Positions 11,149 through 20,678 are shown, counted from the first letter of the stretch. The stretch: 64,000 bases of DNA from Dermatophilaceae bacterium (GCA_035691065.1 DASSJT010000063.1:19489-83488); one strand, 5' to 3'. The notes: generated by a model from the sequence alone, not told the origin. Numbers and translations: made by a program.

Positions 11149-12635
11149 AGTGCCGTGGGGTCGGCACCCGGCGCGCCCGCAGCGGCCAGTGACGTGGCCC
11201 CGGACGTCCCGTCGGACGTCGTGCCGGACCCCGCCGCCGACTTCCGGGCCGCGGCCTCCACGGAGTGGGCGACGACCTTCGCCACATCGGGGTGGAAGAC
11301 GCTGGGGACGATGTACGCCGGGTTCAGCTCCTCTGGCAGCACGGTGCCGGCGAGCGCCTGGGCCGCGGCCAGCATCACCTCCTCCGTGACCGTGGTGGAG
11401 TGCGCGTCGAGCAGCCCGCGGAACACGCCGGGAAAGACCAGCACGTTGTTGATCTGGTTGGCGAAGTCGGAGCGCCCCGTGGCGACCACGGCAGCGTGCC
11501 GCGCGGCCTCGGCCGGGTCGACCTCCGGATCGGGGTTGGCCAGCGCGAACACGATGGCGTCATCGGCCATCGTCGCGATGTCGTCACCCGAGAGGAGGTT
11601 GGGAGCGGAGACCCCGACGAAGACGTCGGCACCCGCCACGGCCTCCTTCAGCGTGCCGCGCAGGCCGCGAGCGTTGGTGTGCTCGGCCGACCAGCGCAGG
11701 GAGGGGTTGGCACCGCTTGCGATGTCCTCGCGATCGAGGTGGAGCACCCCGTGGTAGTCCGCCACGACCACGTCCTTCGCCCCCGCGTGCAGCATCAGCT
11801 TGAGGATGGCCGTCCCCGCTGCCCCCGCCCCGCTCATGACCACGCGAACGTCCTCGAGGCGTTTGCCGACCACCCGCAGCGCATTGGTGAGCGCGGCCAG
11901 GACCACGATCGCCGTGCCGTGCTGGTCGTCGTGGAAGACGGGGATGTCGAGCTCGTCGCGCAGCCTGGCCTCGATCTCGAAGCAGCGCGGTGCCGAGATG
12001 TCCTCGAGGTTGATGCCGGCGAACACCGGCGAGATCGCCTTGACGGTGCGGATGATCTCCTCGGTGTCCTGGGTGTCGAGGCAGATCGGGAACGCGTCGA
12101 TGTCGGCGAAGCGCTTGAACAGCGCGGCCTTGCCCTCCATCACCGGCAGTGCGGCGAGGGGGCCGAGGTTGCCCAGGCCCAGCACCGCGGAACCGTCGGT
12201 GACGACCGCCACCGTGTTGCGCTTGATCGTCAGCCGCCGGGCATCCTCCGGGTTGGCCGCGATGGCGGTGCAGATGCGCGCGACTCCCGGGGTGTAGATC
12301 AGCGAGAGGTCGTCGCGGTTGCGGATCGGCACCTTGGGCTCGATCTTGAGCTTGCCGCCCAGGTGGACCAGGAACGTTCGGTCGGAGACCTTGCCGATCT
12401 CGACGCCCTCGACCGCCCGCATGGCCTCGACCAGCTCGTCGGCGTGGGCGGTGTCGCGCGCCGCGGCGGTCACGTCGACCCGCAGCCGGGCAGGCCCGGA
12501 GGCGGTGACGTCGAGACCGGTCACGAGCCCGCCGGCCGCCTCGATCACCCCCGTGAGCTCACTGACGGCGGTGGCCCGGGCCGGGAGGATGAGCCTCACG
12601 GTGATGGAGTTGGACACTGAGGGAACGGCGGTCAT
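11145..12635 (-). CDS. NAD(P)-dependent malic enzyme with N-terminal ACT-like domain
   Basis: 496 aa. ACT-like first ~75 aa, then LSLIYTPGVARI and the Rossmann motif VVMSGAGAAGTAI typical of short bacterial malic enzymes. Confidence 0.88.
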   Translation of the reverse strand: MTAVPSVSNSITVRLILPARATAVSELTGVIEAAGGLVTGLDVTASGPARLRVDVTAAARDTAHADELVEAMRAVEGVEIGKVSDRTFLVHLGGKLKIEPKVPIRNRDDLSLIYTPGVARICTAIAANPEDARRLTIKRNTVAVVTDGSAVLGLGNLGPLAALPVMEGKAALFKRFADIDAFPICLDTQDTEEIIRTVKAISPVFAGINLEDISAPRCFEIEARLRDELDIPVFHDDQHGTAIVVLAALTNALRVVGKRLEDVRVVMSGAGAAGTAILKLMLHAGAKDVVVADYHGVLHLDREDIASGANPSLRWSAEHTNARGLRGTLKEAVAGADVFVGVSAPNLLSGDDIATMADDAIVFALANPDPEVDPAEAARHAAVVATGRSDFANQINNVLVFPGVFRGLLDAHSTTVTEEVMLAAAQALAGTVLPEELNPAYIVPSVFHPDVAKVVAHSVEAAARKSAAGSGTTSDGTSGATSLAAAGAPGADPTAL

Positions 12636-12652
12636 GGAAGCGATTCAACCAA

Positions 12653-13135
12653 CTACCGCCCAGTACGCCGAAGCCGCTCTATCGTCCGGCGCCGCGCCAT
12701 GGCGAACAGGTCCCGTTCGTGGAGGTTCTGGCCGTTGACCGCCAGCCAGACACAGGCGGCCGCCAGGGGCAGCTCGACGACGAGCGCCATGCCCAGCGCG
12801 ACCCACCGCTCACTCGCTGTCGGGGACATCACCACGTCGAACCACCCGTCGACACACAGGAGCGTCGCGGTCGCCGTAGCTGCCACAGGGAGCCATCTCC
12901 CCAGGCGCACCGCCGACCAGGCCGTGACGCCCAGTGCCACCACCAAGGCCAGGTCGAAGCCGCCCCAGGCCATCGCGTAGTTCGCAGCAGTCTCATGGTC
13001 GGGCAGGGTCCACACGAGGTATGCCGTCCATGGCACCAGGAGTGCCGAGCAGGCGGCGAAGACCCATCCGACCCACCGGGTCAGGCGCCTGACCTCATGG
13101 GTCTCAGTGGGCCGTGCCGCGAGTGGGTCAGGCAT
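12653..13135 (-). CDS. hypothetical membrane protein
   Basis: 160 aa from the internal ATG (MPDPLAARP...) with 4 predicted TM segments. The start overlaps the stop of the upstream methyltransferase gene. Confidence 0.5.
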   Translation of the reverse strand: MPDPLAARPTETHEVRRLTRWVGWVFAACSALLVPWTAYLVWTLPDHETAANYAMAWGGFDLALVVALGVTAWSAVRLGRWLPVAATATATLLCVDGWFDVVMSPTASERWVALGMALVVELPLAAACVWLAVNGQNLHERDLFAMARRRTIERLRRTGR

Positions 13136-13835
13136 GGCCTGCGGGCAGGTCGGACGACTCCAGGGTAGCGGCAACGGGAGGTGCCGCAGGCAGGTCCTCG
13201 GCGATGTCGGCCGCCAGCAGGAACCGCTCATGGTCGATGGGCTTGCCCCAGTAGACCGGGTCGTCGAGCGGCACGACGCGGACCGCCGTGGCCAGGGGAG
13301 CGACCGCCTCGCGCAGCTCCGCCGCTGTGACACCGGTGCGCCACGGCAGCTGCGGCTTGTCACCGGAGTCCGCATCCTCACTGCCCCAGAACCCCTCGAC
13401 GAGGACCATCCGGCCCCCCGGCCGCAGCGTCGAGGCCCACCGGCGCAACGAGGCCACCGGGTCGGGAAGGGTCCACAAGACGTGGCGGGAGAACACCGCG
13501 TCGAAGGTCTGTGGTGCCACGGGCGGGTCGCTCACGTCCGCTTTGAGCACGTGCACGGCCGCGCCGAACTGCGTCGTCTTCACCCGGGCCCGCTCGACCA
13601 TCTCGGCCGACAGGTCGAAGGCCTGCACCTCGTGGCCCAGCTCGGCCGCCACGACGCTCAGCGTCCCGGTGCCGCAGCCGAAGTCGCCGACAACGCCGGG
13701 GGTGGACGGCAGCCAGGTCCGCAGCAGGTCCTTCCAGGCCCGGCGGGTGTCGGCGTCGAGCAGACCGTGGTCTGCCTCCTTGTCGTAGTCCTCGGCGCGG
13801 GCATCCCACGTGGCCTCGATCTCGGAGAGCTCCAT
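13128..13835 (-). CDS. class I SAM-dependent methyltransferase
   Basis: 235 aa with motif I VGDFGCGTGTLS. Confidence 0.8.
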   Translation of the reverse strand: MELSEIEATWDARAEDYDKEADHGLLDADTRRAWKDLLRTWLPSTPGVVGDFGCGTGTLSVVAAELGHEVQAFDLSAEMVERARVKTTQFGAAVHVLKADVSDPPVAPQTFDAVFSRHVLWTLPDPVASLRRWASTLRPGGRMVLVEGFWGSEDADSGDKPQLPWRTGVTAAELREAVAPLATAVRVVPLDDPVYWGKPIDHERFLLAADIAEDLPAAPPVAATLESSDLPAGHA

Positions 13836-13960
13836 CGGGCCACACTCTCACGCGCGCGGCCCACTCCCCCATCGACTTTGTCTGCTGGCGGAGCGGCGGG
13901 AGCACACGAAGGCGGGGGGCAGCGCTCCTGTCGCAGACGAAGTCGGCCTAGGCTCGGGGG

Positions 13961-14593
13961 ATGAGCCCGCGCGCAGATGCCAGCCCGTACCTGGAGGTTG
14001 TCGGCGCCGGATCTGCCAGCGGTGCGCCGGACACGGTCGCCATCCTCGCCCGCGTGCAGTGCGAGGCGCCCGACGTGGCGACCGCGCTCGGCGACGTGGG
14101 CAGCCGCGCCGCGGGGATGGCGCAGGCCGCCCGGGACCACGGTGTGGCGACCTCCGACCTGCAGACCGCCGGCGCCGGGGTCCAGCCGCAGCGCGACCGG
14201 GACGGGCAGCGCGTCATCGGCTACACGGCATACCAGACGCTCAAGGTGCGCGTGCGCGACCAGGGCCGCGTCGGCGACCTGATCTCCGCCTTCGCCGGCA
14301 TCGCCGGCAACGCCCTCGCCATCGACAACATCTCGCTCGAGCTCAGCGACCCCGACCCTCTCCTGCGCCGGGCGCGGGACGCCGCGTTCGCCAACGCCCG
14401 CGAGAAGGCGGAGCAGTATGCCGGGCTGGCGGGACGCACGCTCGGGGCCGTGGTGTGGGTCAGCGACCTGCCCGCCCGGGGGCCTGGCCCCATGCCGAGG
14501 TACGAGATGATGGCGGCAAAGTCAGACCTGTCCATGGAGATGGGCGAACACACCGTGACCACCCAGGTCGCGGTCCGATGGGAATGGACCTAA
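13961..14593 (+). CDS. SIMPL (DUF541) domain-containing protein
   Basis: 210 aa. GYTAYQTLKVRVRD and AFANAREKAEQYAGLAGRTLG are typical of SIMPL/DUF541. Confidence 0.75.
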   Translation: MSPRADASPYLEVVGAGSASGAPDTVAILARVQCEAPDVATALGDVGSRAAGMAQAARDHGVATSDLQTAGAGVQPQRDRDGQRVIGYTAYQTLKVRVRDQGRVGDLISAFAGIAGNALAIDNISLELSDPDPLLRRARDAAFANAREKAEQYAGLAGRTLGAVVWVSDLPARGPGPMPRYEMMAAKSDLSMEMGEHTVTTQVAVRWEWT

Positions 14594-14595
14594 GC

Positions 14596-14955
14596 ATGGC
14601 CAGCACCACGCTCACTGCCGAGAACTTCCAGTCGACCGTGACGGGGAACGACATCGTCCTCGTCGACTTCTGGGCCGACTGGTGCGGCCCGTGCCGGCGG
14701 TTCGCGCCGGTCTACGAGGAGGCGTCGGAGAAGCACGGCGACATCGTGTTCGGGAAGGTCGACACCGAGGCCGAGCAGGCGCTGGCCCGGGTCGCGAACA
14801 TCACGTCGATCCCGACCCTCATGGCCTTCCGCGAGGGCATCATGGTCTTCGCCCAGCCCGGCGCCCTGCCGCCGCCGGCCCTGGAGTCGGTCATCGAGGG
14901 GGTGCGCGGTCTCGACATGGGCCAGGTTCGCTCCCAGCTCACCAACGAGGGCTGA
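14596..14955 (+). CDS. thioredoxin
   Basis: 119 aa from the ATG at 14596, 2 nt after the SIMPL stop. Active site WADWCGPC. Confidence 0.9.
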   Translation: MASTTLTAENFQSTVTGNDIVLVDFWADWCGPCRRFAPVYEEASEKHGDIVFGKVDTEAEQALARVANITSIPTLMAFREGIMVFAQPGALPPPALESVIEGVRGLDMGQVRSQLTNEG

Positions 14956-14959
14956 GGCC

Positions 14960-15463
14960 TCAGCGGCCGCCGACCGGGAGCCGCTCACCAGCTGGTGAGA
15001 CGGCGTCCAGGATCCGGCTACCGACCGCGCGCAGCTGGACCTGCTGGGTCCTGGTGAGCGGGTCGAGGACGAGCTCCCGCACGCGGTTCACGTGACGTGG
15101 AGCCGCCGCGACCACGGTCTCCCAGCCGGCGTCGGTCAGGACGGCGTTGATCGCGCGGCCGTCGCCGGGGCACGGCTCGCGGCGCAGCAGACCGCGCCGC
15201 TCCAGCTTGGCCGCCACGTGCGACAGCCTGGACATCGAGCCGTTGGTGACCGCGGCGAGCCGGCTCATGCGCAGCGTCCGGTCCTCCTGCTCGGAGAGCA
15301 TGGCCAGGACCATGTACTCGAAGAACGACAGCCCCGAGTCCCGCTGCAGCTGCGCGTCGAGCGCACCGGGCAGCGTCTGGAGCAGGCTCACCAGGACGAG
15401 CCAGGTCAGGCGCTCGTCCGCGTCGAGCCACCGGGGGGCGTCACTGCTCAGGTCCTCGTGCAT
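14960..15463 (-). CDS. MarR family transcriptional regulator
   Basis: 167 aa with a winged-HTH region (FFEYMVLAMLSEQEDRTLRMSRLAAVTNGSMSRLSHVAAKLERRGLL). Confidence 0.85.
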   Translation of the reverse strand: MHEDLSSDAPRWLDADERLTWLVLVSLLQTLPGALDAQLQRDSGLSFFEYMVLAMLSEQEDRTLRMSRLAAVTNGSMSRLSHVAAKLERRGLLRREPCPGDGRAINAVLTDAGWETVVAAAPRHVNRVRELVLDPLTRTQQVQLRAVGSRILDAVSPAGERLPVGGR

Positions 15464-15491
15464 GTCATCAGCCTATCACTTTGGTTGACCC

Positions 15492-15529
15492 TTCAAGTTT
15501 CTCCTGCTAGATTTAACTTGAATGTTCAA
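15492..15529. promoter_or_regulatory. candidate MarR operator (inverted repeats) in the marR/npdG-like divergent region
   Basis: TTCAAGT(15492-98)...ACTTGAA(15516-22), overlapping TTGAA-TG-TTCAA (15518-29). This is the most AT-rich stretch of the window and lies between divergent genes. Confidence 0.45.
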
Positions 15530-15547
15530 ACAAATCGAAGGAGCGTC

Positions 15548-16177
15548 ATGAGCAGCATCACGATCATCGGCTCGGGCAACATGGCTCGAGGCATCGGCAC
15601 GCGGGCGGCGGCGGCCGGCTACGGCATCCAGGTCCTCGACCGCGACCCTTCCAACGCCGCCGCACTCGCGGGTGACCTGTCCAGCGCCACCTCTGGGGCC
15701 CTTGGCGAGGCACCCGCCGGCGACATCGTCGTCCTGGCCCTCCCCTACGGCGCCGTTGCCGAGGTGGTCAGGCAGTATGGCGCCGCCCTCGACGGGAAGG
15801 TCCTCGTCGACATCACCAACCCGGTCGACTTCCAGACCTTCGCCGGACTCGTCACTCCGCCGGACAGCTCGGCCGCGCAGGAGATCGCCAAGCTCGTGCC
15901 CGGCGCCAAGGTCGTCAAGGCCTTCAACACCACCTTCGCGTCGACCCTGGTGGACGGGACCGTGGACGACCAGCCGCTGGACGTGCTGATCGCCGGCGAC
16001 GACGAGGCCGCCAAGGCCTCGGTCGCCACGTTCATCGAGGCGGCAGGCCTCCGCCCCCTCGACGTCGGCCCGCTCGCCCAGGCCCATTGGCTCGAGGGCA
16101 TCGGCTTCCTCCACATCGGGCTGCAGGTCAGCAAGGGCTGGGGCTGGAACACCGCCGTCAAGGTGATCGGCGTCTGA
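15548..16177 (+). CDS. NADPH-dependent F420 reductase (NpdG)-like oxidoreductase
   Basis: 209 aa. GAAGGAG RBS upstream of the ATG at 15548. N-terminal Rossmann ITIIGSGNMARGIG. Length and C-terminus are typical of the NpdG-like family. Confidence 0.7.
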   Translation: MSSITIIGSGNMARGIGTRAAAAGYGIQVLDRDPSNAAALAGDLSSATSGALGEAPAGDIVVLALPYGAVAEVVRQYGAALDGKVLVDITNPVDFQTFAGLVTPPDSSAAQEIAKLVPGAKVVKAFNTTFASTLVDGTVDDQPLDVLIAGDDEAAKASVATFIEAAGLRPLDVGPLAQAHWLEGIGFLHIGLQVSKGWGWNTAVKVIGV

Positions 16178-16197
16178 CCCACGCCACGCTCGGCAAA

Positions 16198-16225
16198 GCG
16201 CGGGTCCGCCGGGGCGGACCCGCGC
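16198..16225 (+). terminator. GC-rich hairpin downstream of the npdG-like gene
   Basis: GCGCGGGTCCGCC / GGCGGACCCGCGC perfect inverted repeat starting 21 nt after the stop. No T-tract. Confidence 0.5.
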
Positions 16226-16250
16226 TGGAGGCAGCGGGAGCGGTTGGAAA

Positions 16251-16289
16251 CCAAAGGGCCCACCATCCCCTGATTGGCGGGCCCTTTGG
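16251..16289 (-). terminator. hairpin downstream of the ssrA 3' end
   Basis: CCAAAGGGCC...GGCCCTTTGG 10-bp arms, followed on the minus strand by TTT. It lies 24 nt past the tmRNA CCA end. Confidence 0.5.
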
Positions 16290-16312
16290 ACAACTCGCGG
16301 ATGCGTGCGCAG

Positions 16313-16679
16313 TGGTGGAGGTGGCGGGAATTGAACCCGCGTCCATTGACGGGAGACCAGGACTTCTCCGGGTGCAGTGCGCTCAGGCTTTTCTCGGCCC
16401 CAAGGCTCGCGCGCACACGTTCCCTGACAGGCCCAGTTGAGTGAGAGTCCCGCGCAGCCCCCCAACATGGCTACGCAGCAAGCTTCCTAGCTGACGCCAG
16501 GCACTGAGACGGAAGCTAGCTCAGGCTGACGGACTTCGGGGCTCGCTCAGGCGGCGAGGGCGAAGTCGGTGCGCTTGGTGTTGGCACCTATTGGTTTGCA
16601 AGGAGCGTTAACGAGATAACCCTGCATCCTCGACCCGCTTCCCCTGGTATGCCGACCAATGTCGAAACCGATCACCCCC
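16313..16679 (-). ncRNA. ssrA: tmRNA (transfer-messenger RNA)
   Basis: The minus strand reads 5' GGGGGTGATCGGTTTCGAC ... GGACGCGGGTTCAATTCCCGCCACCTCCACCA 3'. The acceptor stem has a G3:U pair. The internal tag reading frame GCC AAC ACC AAG CGC ACC GAC TTC GCC CTC GCC GCC TGA gives ANTKRTDFALAA. smpB is nearby. Confidence 0.95.
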
Positions 16680-16946
16680 ATGCTCCTGTGAGACAGGGGC
16701 GCACACATCCCGCTGTTGAGTTGTTTGCCGGTCGCACCGGCGTCTACAAACAGTATCTCCTGCCGCCGACACTGACTCCAACCAAATTTCGGAGCACGGC
16801 ATTCCCACCGTCGCGGCCGCCCGGTGCACGGGGTGCCGCCCCGCCTGCGGCCACAGCCTGTGTCCGTATGCCGGTACAGACGTCTCAGCGTATGGCACGT
16901 CACTAGGATCAATCCCGACGTCATCCCCCACACCCGGGAGGCCCAC

Positions 16947-19900
16947 GTGTTCAGCAAGGTTCTCGTCGCCAACCGAGGCGAGATCGCGGTCAGGGCGTTT
17001 CGCGCCGCCACTGAGCTAGGGGCCAAGACGGTGGCCGTCTTTCCGCACGAGGACCGCACGTCCGAGCACCGCCTCAAGGCCGACGAGGCCTACCAGATCG
17101 GCCAGGAGGGCCACCCGGTCCGTGCCTACCTCGACCCCGAGGGCATTGTGCGCACCGCCGTGGAATGTGGTGCGGACGCGGTCTACCCGGGCTACGGGTT
17201 CCTGTCGGAGAACCCGGCTCTCGCCGAGGCATGCGTCGCGGCCGGAATCACCTTCGTCGGTCCACCGAGCGACGTCCTGCACCTCACCGGCAACAAGGCG
17301 CGCGCCATCGCGGCTGCCAGGGCCGCCGGGCTTCCCACGCTGCGCAGCGCTCCGCCGAGCGACCAGCTCGAGGACCTCCTGGCCGCCGCGGACGGTGTCG
17401 GCTTCCCGGTCTTCGTCAAGGCGGTCGCCGGCGGGGGCGGGCGCGGGATGCGCCGGGTCGAGCGCGCCGAGGATCTGCGCGATGCCCTCACTGCGGCCAT
17501 GCGCGAGGCCGAGTCGGCCTTCGGCGACCCCACGGTGTTCCTGGAGGAGGCCGTGGTGGACCCACGGCACATCGAGGTCCAGGTGCTCGCCGACGGCCAG
17601 GGCAACGTCATCCACCTGTACGAACGGGACTGCTCGGTGCAGCGCCGCCACCAGAAGGTCGTGGAGATCGCCCCGGCGCCCAACCTCGAGCCAGAGCTGC
17701 GCGACCGGATCTGCGCCGATGCCGTCGCCTTCGCCCGCGAGATCGGCTATGTCAATGCCGGGACCGTCGAGTTCCTGCTGGACCCCACCGGTCGGCACGT
17801 CTTCATCGAGATGAACCCGCGCATCCAGGTCGAGCACACGGTGACGGAAGAGATCACCGACGTCGACCTCGTGGGCGCCCAGCTGCGAATCGCGAGCGGC
17901 GAGACCCTCGCTGACCTCGGCCTGAGCCAGGACCGGATCAGGGTCCGTGGGGCTGCCCTCCAGTGCCGCATCACCACCGAGGACCCGGCCAACGAGTTCC
18001 GCCCGGACACGGGCCGGATCACCGTGTACCGGTCCGTGGGCGGAGCCGGGGTGCGACTCGACGGGGGAACGGTCTTCGTAGGGGCCGAGATCGGCGCGCA
18101 CTTCGACTCCATGCTCGTCAAGCTCACCTGCCGTGGCTCCGACTTTCCCACAGCAGTGCGGCGGGCCCGGCGGTCACTCGCGGAGTTCCGGATCCGCGGT
18201 GTCAGCACCAACATCCCCTTCCTGCAGGCGCTGCTCGAACAGCCCGAGTTCCAAGCCGGCCGCATCACAACCGGGTTCATCGACGCCCACCCCGAGCTGC
18301 GCACGTCCCGGGTGCCGGCCGACCGGGGTACCAAGCTCCTGACCTACCTGGCAGCGATCACCGTCAACCAGCCGCATGGCCCGGCGCGCACTCGGGTCTC
18401 CCCGCGCAGCCGCCTCCCGGAGATCGACCGCGACGCTCCGCCGCCCCCCGGGGCCCGCGACCAGCTGCTGCTCCACGGGCCTGAGGCGTTCGCGCGGAGC
18501 CTGCGTGAGCAGACCGCCGTCGGAGTCACGGACACGACCTTCCGCGACGCCCACCAGTCACTGCTGGCGACCCGGGTGCGCACTCGAGACCTGATGCACG
18601 TCGCTCCGTACGTCGCGCGGCTGACGCCCCAGCTGCTGAGCGTCGAGGCCTGGGGAGGCGCCACGTACGACGTCGCGCTGAGGTTCCTCTTCGAGGACCC
18701 GTGGGAGCGGCTTGCCCTGCTGCGCCAGGCCATGCCGAACCTCCCGCTCCAGATGCTGCTGCGCGGCCGCAACACCGTCGGCTACACGCCCTACCCCACC
18801 CGCGTCACCGACGCCTTCGTGACCGAGGCGGCCCGCGCAGGTATCGACATCTTCCGGATCTTCGACGCGCTCAACGACATCGACCAGATGTGCCCCGCCA
18901 TCGACGCGGTCCGAGAGACCGGCACGGCGGTCGCCGAGGTGGCCCTGTGCTACACCGGCGACCTGACCAGCCCGGGTGAGCGGCTCTACACCCTCGACTA
19001 CTACCTCCGGCTCGCCGAGCAGATCGTCGACGCGGGCGCCCACATCCTCGCCATCAAGGACATGGCCGGGCTCCTGCGCGCTCCGGCGGCCACCCGCCTG
19101 GTGACCGCCCTCCGGCAGAACTTCGACCTCCCGGTGCACCTGCACACCCACGACACCGCAGGTGGCCAGCTGGCCACCCTGCTCGCCGCCATCGAGGCCG
19201 GGGTCGACGCGGTCGATGCCGCGAGCGCGCCGATGGCCGGGACCACCAGCCAGCCGCCGTTGTCGGCCCTGGTCGCGGCGACCAACGGCACCGAGCGCGA
19301 GACCGGCCTCGACCTACGGGCCCTCTGCGACCTCGAGCCCTACTGGGAGGGTGTGCGCCATCTCTACGCGCCGTTCGAGTCCGGGCTGCCCTCACCCACC
19401 GGCCGCGTCTACCGGCACGAGATCCCCGGGGGGCAGCTGTCCAACCTGCGCCAGCAGGCGATCGCCCTCGGGCTCGGCGAGCGGTTCGAGGCCATCGAGG
19501 ACATGTACGCCGCGGCCAACGACATCCTCGGCAACATCGTCAAGGTCACCCCCTCGTCCAAGGTCGTGGGCGACCTCGCCCTGGCCCTCGTGGGAGCGGG
19601 AGCCGACCCGCGCGACTTCGAGGCCAACCCCACGGCATACGACATCCCGGACTCGGTCATCGGCTTCCTCAACGGCGAGCTGGGCGACCCCCCCGGAGGG
19701 TGGCCCGAGCCGTTCCGCACCAAGGCACTGGAGGGGCGCACCGCCCGACCCCGCGTCACAGAGCTGTCGGTCGAGGACGAGAAGGCGCTGGCCGAGTCAC
19801 CCCGCCAGGCCCTCAACCGGCTGCTCTTCGCGGGCCCGGCCAAGGACTTCGAGGCGTCGCGGGAGGCCTACTCCGATCTCGCGGTCCTCGGCACCCGGGA

Positions 19901-20324
19901 GTTCCTGCACGGCCTCGATCTCGAGGTCGAGCACGAGGTCGACCTCGAGCCGGGCAAGAAGCTGATCCTCGGGCTCCAGTCGATCTCGGAGCCGGACGAG
20001 CGTGGCATGCGCACGGTCATGTGCACCGTCAACGGGCAGCTCCGGCCGGTACTGGTGCGCGACGAGTCGATCGCGGTCGACGTGCGCACCGCTGAGAAGG
20101 CCGACCCGACCGCCAGGGGTCAGGTGGCCGCGCCGTTCGCCGGTGTCGTGAGCCTCGCCGTGGAGCAGGGTCAGCACGTCGAGGCCGGTTCTGTCGTGGC
20201 CACGATCGAGGCCATGAAGATGGAGGCGAACATCACCACGCCGGTCGCCGGGACGGTGGAGCGCCTGGCCATCGGCTCCCAGCAGCAGGTCGAGGGCGGT
20301 GACCTGCTCGTCGTGATCGGCTGA
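16947..20324 (+). CDS. pyc: pyruvate carboxylase
   Basis: 1125 aa from the GTG at 16947 (GGGAGG 6 nt upstream). Biotin carboxylase N-terminus KVLVANRGEIAVRAFRA, a central carboxyltransferase domain, and C-terminal biotinyl motif EAMKME. Confidence 0.93.
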   Translation: MFSKVLVANRGEIAVRAFRAATELGAKTVAVFPHEDRTSEHRLKADEAYQIGQEGHPVRAYLDPEGIVRTAVECGADAVYPGYGFLSENPALAEACVAAGITFVGPPSDVLHLTGNKARAIAAARAAGLPTLRSAPPSDQLEDLLAAADGVGFPVFVKAVAGGGGRGMRRVERAEDLRDALTAAMREAESAFGDPTVFLEEAVVDPRHIEVQVLADGQGNVIHLYERDCSVQRRHQKVVEIAPAPNLEPELRDRICADAVAFAREIGYVNAGTVEFLLDPTGRHVFIEMNPRIQVEHTVTEEITDVDLVGAQLRIASGETLADLGLSQDRIRVRGAALQCRITTEDPANEFRPDTGRITVYRSVGGAGVRLDGGTVFVGAEIGAHFDSMLVKLTCRGSDFPTAVRRARRSLAEFRIRGVSTNIPFLQALLEQPEFQAGRITTGFIDAHPELRTSRVPADRGTKLLTYLAAITVNQPHGPARTRVSPRSRLPEIDRDAPPPPGARDQLLLHGPEAFARSLREQTAVGVTDTTFRDAHQSLLATRVRTRDLMHVAPYVARLTPQLLSVEAWGGATYDVALRFLFEDPWERLALLRQAMPNLPLQMLLRGRNTVGYTPYPTRVTDAFVTEAARAGIDIFRIFDALNDIDQMCPAIDAVRETGTAVAEVALCYTGDLTSPGERLYTLDYYLRLAEQIVDAGAHILAIKDMAGLLRAPAATRLVTALRQNFDLPVHLHTHDTAGGQLATLLAAIEAGVDAVDAASAPMAGTTSQPPLSALVAATNGTERETGLDLRALCDLEPYWEGVRHLYAPFESGLPSPTGRVYRHEIPGGQLSNLRQQAIALGLGERFEAIEDMYAAANDILGNIVKVTPSSKVVGDLALALVGAGADPRDFEANPTAYDIPDSVIGFLNGELGDPPGGWPEPFRTKALEGRTARPRVTELSVEDEKALAESPRQALNRLLFAGPAKDFEASREAYSDLAVLGTREFLHGLDLEVEHEVDLEPGKKLILGLQSISEPDERGMRTVMCTVNGQLRPVLVRDESIAVDVRTAEKADPTARGQVAAPFAGVVSLAVEQGQHVEAGSVVATIEAMKMEANITTPVAGTVERLAIGSQQQVEGGDLLVVIG

Positions 20325-20397
20325 GCACGCCGTTTGGGGCCGGAGCCGGCGGGTACCACGAGGGGGTCCGAACGCCCCGACTCCAAGGAGCTGTGAC

Positions 20398-20574
20398 ATG
20401 GGATTCGACGACAAGGTCTCGAACACGACCGAGGACCTGGCCGGCAAGGCGAAGGAAGCGGCCGGCAAGGCCACCGACGACGAGAGCCTCGAGGCCGAGG
20501 GTCAGATGGACCAGAGCAAGGCCGACCTGAAGCAGGCCGGCGAGAAGGTGAAGGACGCCTTCGACCGGGACTGA
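20398..20574 (+). CDS. CsbD family protein
   Basis: 58-aa ORF not in the track. AAGGAG RBS upstream. MGFDDKVSNTTEDLAGKAKEAAGKATDDESLEAEGQMDQSKADLKQAGEKVKDAFDRD is typical of CsbD. Confidence 0.8.
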   Translation: MGFDDKVSNTTEDLAGKAKEAAGKATDDESLEAEGQMDQSKADLKQAGEKVKDAFDRD

Positions 20575-20638
20575 CCTCTTTGACGGGTGAGCGCTGCGTG
20601 CCAGGGGGTGCGCTCCGCCGCTCGTGACGAACCCGGAT

Positions 20639-20678
20639 GAGTGCGGGCGGTGTGCCAGGGGGTGCACGGCCCGCACTC
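20639..20678. terminator. strong hairpin in the convergent csbD/DUF2207 intergenic region
   Basis: GAGTGCGGGC...GCCCGCACTC outer arms, with inner pairs extending the stem. A weaker sibling with the same loop word GTGCCAGGGGGTGC lies at 20589-20615. Confidence 0.5.

Noticed and set aside
16313-16400. tRNA-Ala-like sequence (GGTTCAATTCCCGCCACCTCCACCA).
   Set aside because: It is the tRNA-like 3' domain of tmRNA, not a separate tRNA. The matching 5' acceptor half lies at 16673-16679.
16824-16946. Upstream ATG start giving a 1166-aa pyruvate carboxylase.
   Set aside because: The extra 41 aa are not Pyc-like. The GTG at 16947 is preceded by GGGAGG and gives the canonical (V/M)FSKVLVANRGEIA N-terminus.
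15464-16946. Genomic island or prophage integrated at ssrA.
   Set aside because: There is no integrase, no duplicated copy of the tmRNA 3' end (attL/attR) and no compositional break on either side. The neighbours are ordinary metabolic genes.
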